A program made the position numbers and the translations under genes. A stretch of 64,000 nt of DNA from Candidatus Phycocordibacter aenigmaticus (GTDB lineage Bacteria; Patescibacteriota; Minisyncoccia; Phycocordibacterales; Phycocordibacteraceae), in NCBI GenBank assembly GCA_045401115.1, contig CP174359.1, positions 547,247 through 611,246 on the forward strand, read 5' to 3'. The notes beneath the pieces are model-generated. The model was not told the DNA's origin and did not search any database. It saw only the letters and a program-made list of their open reading frames with translations. Positions 10,020 through 18,844 of the stretch are shown in pieces. Each line of letters opens with the position of its first letter. Position 1 is the stretch's first letter.

Positions 10020-10526
10020 TTACGGAATTATCCGCTCATACACAAATTGTTCACCATCTTGGTTACCAATAGTAAACGTATTTGTCGTTACCTCAAATAC
10101 TGCAAATTCTCGTTTTCCGTTTTTATTGCCATCAAAACGCATGAATACAATTGTTGCTGCGCCATCTGGTGATTCTTCTGTGTACAGGTCCCATGCGCCA
10201 CGATCATTTCCTTGTTCAAAAGTACCGTCCGAATTCAAAGTAAGGTTTGAAGCGTCACCGTTGATATGTTCCCACGCAAAACCAGAGATATGAGCGCCCA
10301 TACGATCAAGATCAACCTCTGACTGCTGTCCATCAGCGTTTTCTGTTGCAGCCTGATCGTTGCGTTGAACATTTTGTTGTGGCGTATTATTTAAATTACC
10401 CGCGGTATTTCCTTTAAAAAAATCAATATCATTCTTACTTAGAGCCTGTCCACCAAACCAAAGTCCCACGCCAAGAAAAACGCTTAAAACGCCACCAACG
10501 ATATATGTTATATACTCTTTGTTCAT
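10020..10526 (-). CDS. hypothetical membrane-anchored or secreted protein
   Basis: 168 aa; N-terminal TM (YIVGGVLSVFLGVGLWFGG) then Asn/Gln/Asp-rich extracytoplasmic region; no recognised domain. Confidence 0.5.
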   Translation of the reverse strand: MNKEYITYIVGGVLSVFLGVGLWFGGQALSKNDIDFFKGNTAGNLNNTPQQNVQRNDQAATENADGQQSEVDLDRMGAHISGFAWEHINGDASNLTLNSDGTFEQGNDRGAWDLYTEESPDGAATIVFMRFDGNKNGKREFAVFEVTTNTFTIGNQDGEQFVYERIIP

Positions 10527-10660
10527 ATGTATATATTAGTATATCAATAAAAGAGATAATATGGGAGTATATCCACCGTCTTAAATAATACGGGGACGCT
10601 TCGCTATCTCACTGCTCGACGTATTCTCGTCTGCGCACATAGAACCCACGGTTCTATGTC

Positions 10661-10736
10661 GGCCTCGCTTAACTCCTCCACGGGAAAACAACATGTTTTC
10701 CCGACCCCTTTCCGGTTCGATTCTCCACACAAAGCA
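10661..10736 (+). repeat. tRNA-Glu-derived degenerate repeat (copy A; GGCCTCG ... CCGGTTCGATTCTCCACACAAAGCA)
   Basis: Shares start GGCCTCG and end CCGG(CCG)TTCGATTCYCCACRCAAAGCA with the copy at 11097-11194; GC-rich, no credible ORF. Confidence 0.4.
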
Positions 10737-11096
10737 ATTTTTTGTGGGAATCGGCGTCAGGTTCGTAAACAAGTTTTCTTTCTGCTCTCCTTCAAAAATA
10801 CAATATTCTAATAGTATATTGTATTTTATTCACTCGTTTGAAAGTAATTCGTTTTGCCTACCTATCGGCATGAAAACTCATAACGACCTCCTGCCCGGAC
10901 TCGCCGCCCCATTGTGCATAGAACTCAGCACAATGGGGACCCGCAGCTTCGACATTGTTTTGTTACGACTGAAAGGAATTAGAAAACAAGAAGTGCCCTT
11001 GTGGTGCGTCTTTCGATTCCCCGGGGATCGTCCCGGAATAGCGGACTTTTTGCTGCACCCTGCGGGTACAGAAAAAGCTCTCGCTTTCCTGGACGC

Positions 11097-11194
11097 GGCC
11101 TCGAATGTTTTGCTCCGTGAATTCTCCGCAAAACATATACTCCGGCCGTTCGATTCCCCACGCAAAGCACGCAGGTGCTTTGCTGTAGGGTCAC
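11097..11194 (+). pseudogene. degenerate inverted copy of tRNA-Glu (tRNA pseudogene or fragment with a 25-nt hairpin insertion before the acceptor 3' strand)
   Basis: Aligns to the functional tRNA-Glu of the opposite strand: CGTGA..TTCTC..CAAAA..CGG..GTTCGATTCCCC then insertion ACGCAAAGCACGCAGGTGCTTTGCT then GTAGGGTCAC; no acceptor pairing, so it is non-functional. Confidence 0.45.
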
Positions 11195-11210
11195 AGCGAC
11201 ATGTTCTATC

Positions 11211-11240
11211 AACAAAACCGCCATTCAGGCGGTTTTGTTG
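11211..11240. terminator. bidirectional terminator hairpin (AAAACCGCC-ATTCA-GGCGGTTTT)
   Basis: 9-bp stem with flanking A/T runs immediately 3' of the minus-strand tRNA-Glu. Confidence 0.7.
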
Positions 11241-11255
11241 AGAACATCTATGTTG

Positions 11256-11327
11256 TGACCCTACGGGGAATCGAACCCCGATTTTGAGCTTGAGAAGCTC
11301 ACGTCCTAACCGTTAGACGATAGGGCC
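11256..11327 (-). tRNA. tRNA-Glu (anticodon CUC)
   Basis: Hand-folded cloverleaf: 7-bp acceptor GGCCCTA/TAGGGTC; D-stem GTCT/GGAC; anticodon stem TGAGC/GCTCA with loop TTCTCAA (U33, anticodon CTC, A37); T-arm CGGGG-TTCGATT-CCCCG; discriminator A; CCA not encoded. Confidence 0.85.
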
Positions 11328-11451
11328 GAAGAATCTGAGGAAAGTACGAAGAAAAAGAAGATGAGGACGACGGAGAAATTGACGACCTTTAGCTTAAGCT
11401 AAAGGGAGAAGATTTCTCCAAGTCCTCGCTGGTTTTTCAAAGTAATTTTCC

Positions 11452-11610
11452 AGAGTCTGAGGCCCTATCGTCGTTTTGCACGATAGGGCCAAAGAATGTT
11501 CTGCGTACACAACGCAGATTTTAAAAGAACGAGGCCCTATCGTCGTCAAAGACGATTCTAAGGCCGAGAAGTCTGAGGCCCGTATTATCGTCAAAGACAA
11601 TCCTAGAGCC
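11452..11610. repeat. cluster of palindromic/direct repeats derived from the tRNA-Glu 5' end (GGCCCTATCGTCG), each preceded by GA(R)TCTGAGG
   Basis: GGCCCTATCGTCG-TTTTGCA-CGATAGGGCC perfect palindrome at 11461-11490; further copies at 11533-11545 and a degenerate one at 11577-11592; each followed by an ATCGTC..GACGAT mini-hairpin; TCTGAGG recurs at 11334, 11454, 11571, 11633. Confidence 0.5.
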
Positions 11611-11688
11611 GTTCAAAGAATATAGCATTTTGCCTCTGAGGAATAAAGCCTCCTATATAAGACCTGCTGTATGATAGGATTTAATTAT

Positions 11689-11781
11689 ATGAAAAAGAAC
11701 ACTGCCATCGCGGTGCTCGTTACTCTTTCTCTTGGTGCCGGATTATGGGTGCATTTTTTAAATCAGAGACATACCAATTAA
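11689..11781 (+). CDS. possible 30-aa single-TM peptide (MKKNTAIAVLVTLSLGAGLWVHFLNQRHTN)
   Basis: Short ORF with a hydrophobic core; the downstream 99-aa ORF is in another frame, so this could also be the remnant of a frameshifted gene. Confidence 0.2.
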   Translation: MKKNTAIAVLVTLSLGAGLWVHFLNQRHTN

Positions 11782-11866
11782 AACAAAGACACCTCCAACA
11801 CCGCGTTTAGCGTGGATAGCGCACACCACACAAGAACCTGATGTACATCAAGCAGGTAATGGTTTA

Positions 11867-12166
11867 GTGGGTTTCTGGCAGAGTCTTGATGATACGCATC
11901 TTACTATTGAATACCTTCCTGATGGCACACTCTATGAATACTATCGAGGAGCGCTTCACCAAAAAACTTCATGGAAATTTGTAACTCGTAGAAAGGGCGA
12001 TAACCACGCCATACTCTATTTAAAAACATCAAAAAAACTGTACGGGACCAAGCAAGACGCCTCTGAATACTTACTTATAAAACTTACTGACACAGAGCTA
12101 GTGCTCGATTTTTTTGATCGAAGTAATAAATTACGGTACAAACGCCCTAACACAATAGAAAACTAA
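11867..12166 (+). CDS. hypothetical protein
   Basis: 99-aa ORF with a GTG start; the frame is open upstream back to 11762 with no ATG; no recognised domain. Confidence 0.35.
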   Translation: MGFWQSLDDTHLTIEYLPDGTLYEYYRGALHQKTSWKFVTRRKGDNHAILYLKTSKKLYGTKQDASEYLLIKLTDTELVLDFFDRSNKLRYKRPNTIEN

Positions 12167-13458
12167 CGAATAAGCCACTCAGGGTCTTGGCGCGCTAATA
12201 ACTCTTCTGCCATAGCGGGATTTTTCATTAATTTCTTAGTCACATGCTCCATGCGCATACTTTGTGACCCTTTAATAAGTACAGTATCGCCTGAACTTAA
12301 TTCTTTACGAAGAAAAGCAATTGCTTCGCTTCTTTTTTCAAACATATGGATACAGGAATCGGGCATACCTGCCTGCGCCGCACCTTCAGCAATATGGCGC
12401 GCGCGGACACCCACAACTACAAGCATATCGCTTAAGTCATGTGCCAATATACCGATTTTTTTATGTTCTTCTTTTGAGTATGAACCGAGTTCAAGCATGT
12501 CACTGAGTACCGCAATGCGCTTCCCTTCTGTGGGCACGCTCTGGAGAGTATGCAGAGCCTTCTCAGTAGCTGTTGGAGACGCATTATAGGTATCATCAAT
12601 AATTAAACCTCCATACGAACCGTCAATTAACCGTAAACGCCCTGGCGGTGGGTTATATGCCTCTTTCACGCTTTCAAGCACGCTAAAAGGTGCACCAGCA
12701 GCCATAGCCCCAGCAATACCGGCAAGTATTGCATACACGTGTGTCTCCCCAATTATTCCATCAACAGAAATAGGAAGTGTCTCTTCTTTATAGTGTACGG
12801 AAAAAGAAATACCCGCGGCAGTGCCTTGTGAGGTGCGGACACGATACCGGGTTGCACGTATATCAGCATCTTTTGAAAACCCATAACTGATACGACGAAT
12901 CCCTTCTTTAAGAGGATACACACGTGAACGCTCATCATCACTATTTATGACCGCAACCCCTCCTTCAGTGAGTTGCGTCAATGGAAAAATTTCCTCTTCA
13001 AACACTGCTTCGGGAGAAGTATAGAACTCAACATGTACCGGCATTTCTGGAAAACGCGTAGTTACTACAATATCTGGTTTAAGCCAAGAAAGTGATTTTG
13101 AAATATCACCTGGACGATCTGCTCCAACCTCAAGGACCAACCACTGTGGGTATGGCATACGAATGATTAACAACAAAAAACCATCAATAATATTTTGCAT
13201 CCACTGTATCGGATTGGTCCATCCATTTGGAACACCTAATACTGTCAGTGGGACCCCAATGTCAGCGTTAAAACTTTTTTCACTTTTACGTACAAAAGCA
13301 TGCTGAGAGAGTGTTGAATAAATCGCGTCTTTTGACGACGTCTTCCCTACTGAACCAGTTACTACAATAATCTTTGGCCGGTATCGTTTTAATACGGCAC
13401 GTGCTTCAAGAGCTAAAATAAACACGACTATATCTCTAATGGTTTCTTTAATATTCAT
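12163..13458 (-). CDS. Mur ligase family protein (MurF/MurE-like UDP-MurNAc-peptide ligase)
   Basis: 431 aa; Mur ligase P-loop VVTGSVGKTSSKD; central and C-terminal Mur ligase domains; downstream of ftsI in dcw order. Confidence 0.8.
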   Translation of the reverse strand: MNIKETIRDIVVFILALEARAVLKRYRPKIIVVTGSVGKTSSKDAIYSTLSQHAFVRKSEKSFNADIGVPLTVLGVPNGWTNPIQWMQNIIDGFLLLIIRMPYPQWLVLEVGADRPGDISKSLSWLKPDIVVTTRFPEMPVHVEFYTSPEAVFEEEIFPLTQLTEGGVAVINSDDERSRVYPLKEGIRRISYGFSKDADIRATRYRVRTSQGTAAGISFSVHYKEETLPISVDGIIGETHVYAILAGIAGAMAAGAPFSVLESVKEAYNPPPGRLRLIDGSYGGLIIDDTYNASPTATEKALHTLQSVPTEGKRIAVLSDMLELGSYSKEEHKKIGILAHDLSDMLVVVGVRARHIAEGAAQAGMPDSCIHMFEKRSEAIAFLRKELSSGDTVLIKGSQSMRMEHVTKKLMKNPAMAEELLARQDPEWLIR

Positions 13459-13459
13459 A

Positions 13460-15214
13460 TCACTCAGATGTTGTTGATAGTGGGGTTACTCCTTGGGCAG
13501 GTAATCGGTCTGGTTGAATACTGTAATACGAAGTAAGGAAATGCACACCTTCCATAAACGGAGTAGTCCACGTTTCTGATGCATACCGTGCTCCTTGTGG
13601 TTCTACTGCGTAAAAGAAAAGAAAGAATTGCGGGTCATACGCCGGGAAGTACCCGAAAAAAGAATGCAGGTACCGATCATCATAGTAACCACGCTCACCT
13701 TTTTGTGCAATTTGAGCTGTCCCCGTTTTTGCTGCAATAGACATTTCTGGAATCTTTACTGTTCCATCACGCAGTGCTGTATCTACCACTTCGACAAGCA
13801 TACGCGTTATGGTTTCATTTGTCTCTTCTGAAATAGCGCTTGTTCCTGGTTTTGGAATATTTTTTTTATTTAACAATCCAGGATATTCAAATTCAACAGC
13901 AATATGCGGAGTAGGAACAATCCCGTTATTAGCAAGTGTCGCCAGTGAACGCGCCATGGCAATTGGAGTAACCGCAATACCTTGTCCAAATGAAGCAGTT
14001 ACATATTCGATAGTTCGTGGACTTCCTAGATTGGCAACAAGTGGTGTTGCTTCGTTTGGTAAATCAATACCGGTTTTCTTATCAATGGCAAATGCATCAA
14101 AATAATCGCTAAACTGTTTAGTGCCTAATTCTTCAACAATAAAAGCAACACCGGTATTCAGCGACTGGTTCAACACTTCTTGCATCGACACCACCCCTCG
14201 CGCTTTTCCATCATAGTTTGCAATACGTGCAGTGTCATAAACTGCTGAACCTTTGTCGTTATACGTTGTTTCTGGAGTAATGACTCCTGCGTCAAGTCCT
14301 GCCGCAACAGTAAGTGGCTTCACGATAGAACCAAACTCATATACATTTTCCACTAACGGGTTTGCAAACGTACTAGGATCAGCCTCAGCGATCTTGTTCG
14401 GATCAAATACAGGAAGTGCTGATAAGGCAACTACTTCACCAGTTGATGGATCAAGTATAATTGCGCCCACTTCACGTGGATTCCATTCTTCTTTGTATCG
14501 CGTTACTAAATCTTCTAAAAAGAATTGCACTGTCGGTTCAATACCGGTTACGACATTAGCACCTGGTTGCGTTGTGTCATTTAAAATACTTGTTCGAATC
14601 CCTGCAAAAACATCAGCAAAAAAATTAATATAAAGTCCAGTATTTGGTTTTGTAAGTATATCGTCATAGAAACGTTCTAATCCATATTGCCCAGAGAGTT
14701 CATTACTTGAACCGTAACCAATAAATCCTACTGTGTGCGCTGCTGCTTTTCCCGCCGGATATGTTCGCCACTGCTGACGATATAATCGCACTCCGGGGAT
14801 TTCTTGTGCGATAAGTTCTCGACCCACCTCAAGTGGCACACGGTGTTTTATCTCTTCATATGGGTCGTCTTTTTTAGCCGTTTTTATAAAAAATTCCTCT
14901 GAATCAATATCAATATATTCACTGAGCGATGCATATACTTCGGCGGGATAATCTATCTCTCCTGGTATGATTGCTAAAATAAATCCTGAATCAAGCGTTG
15001 CGGCACCAAACGGCACTCCGTGACGAGGTGAGAAAAAGATAGAGCCTCGGTCAAAATAATTAGCACTTGGTGTACTGTACTGCCCTTCCGCTCTTAAACG
15101 AAAGGAGTCTCCGTGTACCACCTGAAGCGTATAAAGCCGAACTAATAAGATAATTGAAAGTATGATTAAAACCGCCGCAATAATACGTATACGTCCAACA
15201 AATTGTTTTCTCAT
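13460..15214 (-). CDS. ftsI: penicillin-binding protein (FtsI-type transpeptidase)
   Basis: 584 aa; N-terminal TM; SxxK (GSIVKP), SxN (SLNTG) and KTG(T) motifs; sits in the dcw cluster. Confidence 0.85.
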   Translation of the reverse strand: MRKQFVGRIRIIAAVLIILSIILLVRLYTLQVVHGDSFRLRAEGQYSTPSANYFDRGSIFFSPRHGVPFGAATLDSGFILAIIPGEIDYPAEVYASLSEYIDIDSEEFFIKTAKKDDPYEEIKHRVPLEVGRELIAQEIPGVRLYRQQWRTYPAGKAAAHTVGFIGYGSSNELSGQYGLERFYDDILTKPNTGLYINFFADVFAGIRTSILNDTTQPGANVVTGIEPTVQFFLEDLVTRYKEEWNPREVGAIILDPSTGEVVALSALPVFDPNKIAEADPSTFANPLVENVYEFGSIVKPLTVAAGLDAGVITPETTYNDKGSAVYDTARIANYDGKARGVVSMQEVLNQSLNTGVAFIVEELGTKQFSDYFDAFAIDKKTGIDLPNEATPLVANLGSPRTIEYVTASFGQGIAVTPIAMARSLATLANNGIVPTPHIAVEFEYPGLLNKKNIPKPGTSAISEETNETITRMLVEVVDTALRDGTVKIPEMSIAAKTGTAQIAQKGERGYYDDRYLHSFFGYFPAYDPQFFLFFYAVEPQGARYASETWTTPFMEGVHFLTSYYSIQPDRLPAQGVTPLSTTSE

Positions 15215-15230
15215 GCCCTCCTATTGTACG

Positions 15231-15545
15231 CTATCTACTGTCACGAAACGTAAACGTACGGCGTTCTACAAAAGTACTTGAGTATGTAGGGACAAGTCCA
15301 AAAGCAATAGCATTTTGTTGCGTGATGGCAATAGAGCGGGTCATATATTCACGTTCAAGTTGTGCTACATTCTCAGTTAGGTTTATTGTTTTATATGCAA
15401 ATTCTTCACGAGTTACCACATGTGCCACTGATGCGGTAATAAAATACGTATACAAAAGAGCGATACCAATAAGTAACGCGCCAACCGCTAAACACACCTT
15501 CTTTTCAAGATCAAAATCTATTTCATGTGTACGTGTGTGTGTCAT
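15231..15545 (-). CDS. FtsL-like cell division protein (single TM plus coiled coil)
   Basis: 104 aa; TM LAVGALLIGIALLYTYFI followed by a coiled coil; sits between rsmH and ftsI as in canonical dcw clusters. Confidence 0.5.
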   Translation of the reverse strand: MTHTRTHEIDFDLEKKVCLAVGALLIGIALLYTYFITASVAHVVTREEFAYKTINLTENVAQLEREYMTRSIAITQQNAIAFGLVPTYSSTFVERRTFTFRDSR

Positions 15546-16453
15546 AGTTTTTCAATAATTCTAAGTTTTGCACTACGGGCGCGGGGGTTATTTTTTATCT
15601 CCTCTGCCTGTGGTGTAATTGGTTTTTTAGTAATACGAACGGCAACGCCGTTATCTTCGAATGTTCGAAACTGTCTTTTTACTAACCCGTCTTCAAGACT
15701 ATGGAACGTAATAACTGCGATACGTCCTCCTGAGCGAACCATATCAAGTGCCTTTGGTAATACCTCGACAATACTTGAGAGCTCATCGTTTACCATCATA
15801 CGGAGTGCTTGAAATGTTTTTGTCGCCGGATTGATTTTCCCTTTGCGATAAAACATAGGCACAGATTCGGTGATGATATCGGCAAGTTGTACTGAATGCG
15901 TAATCGGAGCTGTTCTTCGTGCAGTAATAATTGCTTGAGCAATACGTCCTGCAAATCGCTCTTCTCCAAGTGTATGGATCATCTCTTTTAGATCATCCTC
16001 ACTCCATTCATTAACAATAGTTTCTGCAGTAACCTGCTCATCGTCAGTATCAACCGCGTAGGTCATGCGGAGCGGTTCGTCGGCTTTAAAGCTAAATCCC
16101 CTTCCTGAAATAAGTTGAGTGCTATTCCACCCAAGATCAAAGAGGATGCCATCAACAGTCTTTATGCCGGCCTTGTCTGCATGCTGATCAATATCTCGAA
16201 AATTACCGAGTGCAAAACACATCTGAGGTAAATCGGCGAGATGTCGCTGTGCGTTCATAAGCGCACCTTTATCAGCATCAATACCAAGTACTTTTCCTTG
16301 TGGTCCTACATGCTCAGCAAGAAGCGCGCTATGTCCACCAAGACCGAGTGTTGCGTCAATGATGGTGTCGCCTTGAGATATATTAAGACCAAGAACAGAT
16401 TCGTGTAAAAGAACAGTAGTGTGCGTATCGTTTTTCATGGAATTAGATGACAC
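15542..16453 (-). CDS. rsmH: 16S rRNA (cytosine1402-N4)-methyltransferase RsmH (MraW)
   Basis: 303 aa; N-terminal HxxVL (LLHESVL) and SAM-binding DATLGLGGHS motifs. Confidence 0.9.
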   Translation of the reverse strand: MSSNSMKNDTHTTVLLHESVLGLNISQGDTIIDATLGLGGHSALLAEHVGPQGKVLGIDADKGALMNAQRHLADLPQMCFALGNFRDIDQHADKAGIKTVDGILFDLGWNSTQLISGRGFSFKADEPLRMTYAVDTDDEQVTAETIVNEWSEDDLKEMIHTLGEERFAGRIAQAIITARRTAPITHSVQLADIITESVPMFYRKGKINPATKTFQALRMMVNDELSSIVEVLPKALDMVRSGGRIAVITFHSLEDGLVKRQFRTFEDNGVAVRITKKPITPQAEEIKNNPRARSAKLRIIEKL

Positions 16454-16886
16454 CTATTTCGCCAAGTTTTTGGGCGATGGCATCTCCTTGAGATTCAATA
16501 GTTGTTTTATATTCTTCCCAACGTTTTTCATCCCAAATCTCAATACGATCGTTGACACCGGCGAGAACCACTTTACTTTCGAGACCCGCAAACCCCTTGA
16601 GGAACTCAGGAAGTAAAATACGTCCCGCCGAATCAACGTCGACTTCAACAGCGCCAGAGAGCATAAAACGATTAAAGCTCCTTGATTCCGCTGAGCCAAA
16701 TGAGAGCTCGCTAAACTTATTGACGAGCTTTTTCCATGAAGCAGGTGAAAAGACAAAGAGACATTGGTCAAGGCCACGTGTAACAATTACCGTCCCCCCA
16801 AGTTCTTTACGAAACTTAACAGGAAGCGACAAGCGCTTTTTCGGATCGATAGTATGTACATATTCGCCAATTAACATATTTCCCAC
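16443..16886 (-). CDS. mraZ: transcriptional regulator MraZ
   Basis: 147 aa; two SpoVT/AbrB-like MraZ repeats (IDPKKRLSLPVKFRKEL ... DSAGRILLPEFLK); first gene of the dcw cluster; true start may be the Met at 16877. Confidence 0.88.
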   Translation of the reverse strand: MGNMLIGEYVHTIDPKKRLSLPVKFRKELGGTVIVTRGLDQCLFVFSPASWKKLVNKFSELSFGSAESRSFNRFMLSGAVEVDVDSAGRILLPEFLKGFAGLESKVVLAGVNDRIEIWDEKRWEEYKTTIESQGDAIAQKLGEIGVI

Positions 16887-16954
16887 TTTGTCCCACCTAC
16901 TTACAATTATATGACACTATCCCCCACTTCATAGTTTCTTATCCACACAACATT

Positions 16955-16978
16955 AAAACCACTCATTAGAGTGGTTTT
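16955..16978 (-). terminator. intrinsic terminator (AAAACCACTC-ATTA-GAGTGGTTTT)
   Basis: 10-bp palindrome followed on the minus strand by a T-rich tract; downstream of the small minus-strand ORF and upstream of mraZ. Confidence 0.6.
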
Positions 16979-17009
16979 AAGAAAAGTAGCTCTACCCCTA
17001 TATAAAAGG

Positions 17010-17219
17010 TTATTTCTTGGGAGTCATTGCCCAATACACTAACGGAAGAGCGAGAATCAAAAAAGAAACAAAGAGTCCCGCCTCATCAAAACCAAAACCA
17101 TCATCAACGCCATCTTCAACGCGTCGTTTAAAGAAATCAGCAGACAGTATACCGCCGCCAAAATACGCTGCTATCGCAAGGTTTCTATAAAAATTATTCT
17201 GTGGCGGACGTTCACTCAT
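17010..17219 (-). CDS. small hypothetical membrane protein
   Basis: 69 aa; two hydrophobic segments; between lysS and mraZ with flanking intergenic space. Confidence 0.35.
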   Translation of the reverse strand: MSERPPQNNFYRNLAIAAYFGGGILSADFFKRRVEDGVDDGFGFDEAGLFVSFLILALPLVYWAMTPKK

Positions 17220-17266
17220 GACAATATTATGTAATATTTATATAATATTGTCAAATATCTGATTGA

Positions 17267-18736
17267 TTACCCCTCTTCAGAACGAGGGCGCATAAGGGGA
17301 AAGATTTGCGTCTCACGAATTGGTTTATCAGCAAGAAAACTGAAGAGTCGCTCCGATACACCAAAACCAAATGTTGGCGGCATACCATACTCCAAAGCCT
17401 CTACATAGTCGTAGTCGGCCATCTGTGCTTCTTCATCCCCCGCGTCACGTAATGCCTGTTGCGCTTTAAAGCGCTCTAACTGATCCTGCGGATCATTAAG
17501 TTCATTAAACCCTTTACCAAGTTCACTGCCACCAATTAATATTTGAAATCGGTCAACAACACGCGGATCATCTGCATTTTTCTTAGCAAGTGGTTCAAGA
17601 TAGACCGGCATACCAGTAAGCACCGCTGGGCCGGCAATGGTTTTACGAATAGTCTTCCAAAGCATATCAACCCCACGTCCCACATCGAGTGTATCGTCGT
17701 ATGCGATACCTTCAGTATCAAGATGTTTTTTTATTTCTTCTAATGAGACATCACGCGGGTCAAAGCCATATTTATTTTGTAAGAGCTCATTAAAATCAAG
17801 TCGGTCCCACTCACGGCCAAGGTCAACCTCGTGACCATGGATAGTGAATTGGAGGGTACCAAATGTTTCCTGCGCTACTGTGCGGTAAAGTTCAATAAGC
17901 ATCGGTACACCGGTGCGCCCATCTTGATACGACTCATAAAATTCAAACGACGTATAATCTTGCGCATGTTCATAGCTCATCCCTTCGTTGCGGAAAATGC
18001 GCCCAATCTCAAATGTCTTAGGAAGACCACCAAGCATAAGCTTTTTTTGCCATAACTCTCCTACCGAAATACGTAGGAACACATCAATATCAAGCGCGTT
18101 GTGGTGGGTAATAAATGGTCTTGCTTCTGCTCCCCCAGTTTTTGTTTCAAGTATCGGTGTTTCAACCTCAATGAAATCTCTGTTTAACATAAATGAACGA
18201 ATAGTGTTCCAAAAGATGGAGCGTTTTTTAATAAGGTCAGCAACCTCCGGATTCAAAAGCATGTCTAAGTAACGCTTACGATATCGTTCATCCTCGTCTT
18301 TCAGTCCAAACCATTCATCAGGCACTGGGCGGATACTTTTTGCAAGCATGCGCCACGTATCTACCGCAAGTGATTCAACTCCCCGTTTGGTGGTAAATGG
18401 TTTACCTGTTACTTCTATAAAGTCACTCGTATCAACTACTTCGAGGAAGAAATTGAAATGAGCCTCGTCCATATCATCCTTTTTCAGAACTGCCTGAGCG
18501 CGCGTGGTGCCATCAAATATATCAAGAAAGATAATACCGCCTTGGTCACGAAATGACATGATTCTCCCGGCAAGGGTAAGTGTCTCTCCCGCGCTGTTGA
18601 GTGATTCGAATGAATCTAGAAACTCGGCGTTAGTGTGTGTGCGGTATGACTCCGCTGGATAAGGGTCCATTCCCTGCTCTTTTAAGAGCTCAATTTTCTT
18701 CAATCGTTCGTTTCGAATGTCATCAAGACTGGACAT
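17267..18736 (-). CDS. lysS: lysine--tRNA ligase (class II)
   Basis: 489 aa; N-terminal OB anticodon-binding domain; class II motifs 1-3 (e.g. FRNEG, GGLPKTFEIGRIFRNEG, terminal GFGVSERL). Confidence 0.9.
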   Translation of the reverse strand: MSSLDDIRNERLKKIELLKEQGMDPYPAESYRTHTNAEFLDSFESLNSAGETLTLAGRIMSFRDQGGIIFLDIFDGTTRAQAVLKKDDMDEAHFNFFLEVVDTSDFIEVTGKPFTTKRGVESLAVDTWRMLAKSIRPVPDEWFGLKDEDERYRKRYLDMLLNPEVADLIKKRSIFWNTIRSFMLNRDFIEVETPILETKTGGAEARPFITHHNALDIDVFLRISVGELWQKKLMLGGLPKTFEIGRIFRNEGMSYEHAQDYTSFEFYESYQDGRTGVPMLIELYRTVAQETFGTLQFTIHGHEVDLGREWDRLDFNELLQNKYGFDPRDVSLEEIKKHLDTEGIAYDDTLDVGRGVDMLWKTIRKTIAGPAVLTGMPVYLEPLAKKNADDPRVVDRFQILIGGSELGKGFNELNDPQDQLERFKAQQALRDAGDEEAQMADYDYVEALEYGMPPTFGFGVSERLFSFLADKPIRETQIFPLMRPRSEEG

Positions 18737-18788
18737 AGTATTTAGAAATATACCACAGCATTACGTATTTCTTAAAAAGACAATTTGC

Positions 18789-18826
18789 AAAAAAAAATGA
18801 CATACAAGACACCACAGAGTAGTCAT
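18789..18826 (-). terminator. intrinsic terminator in the greA-lysS intergenic region (ATGACTAC-loop-GTATGTCAT then T8 on the minus strand)
   Basis: 8-9 bp stem with a one-base bulge and a 13-nt loop, followed by eight T on the transcribed (minus) strand; lies about 55 nt upstream of the lysS start. Confidence 0.55.
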
Positions 18827-18844
18827 CCAAGGTGTACCACAAAC

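Noticed and set aside
10693-11241. 182-aa plus-strand ORF (and overlapping 63-95-aa minus-strand ORFs) across the GC-rich region next to the tRNA
   Set aside because: Implausible amino-acid composition (Phe/Arg/Pro/Cys-rich, no domain), overlapping ORFs on both strands, and the DNA is clearly made of tRNA-derived repeats and hairpins. Treated as non-coding.
10560-11255. Possible RNase P RNA, tmRNA or SRP RNA in the non-coding region
   Set aside because: I looked for P4/CR-I (AGGAAAGUCCGGGC) and CR-V (ACAGAACCCGGCUUA), a tmRNA tag reading frame with a tRNA-like 3' end, and the SRP GGAAGGAAGCAGC motif. I found only partial matches (for example GAGTCCGGGCAGG on the minus strand, with no partner strand). 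This is insufficient; a covariance-model scan is needed.
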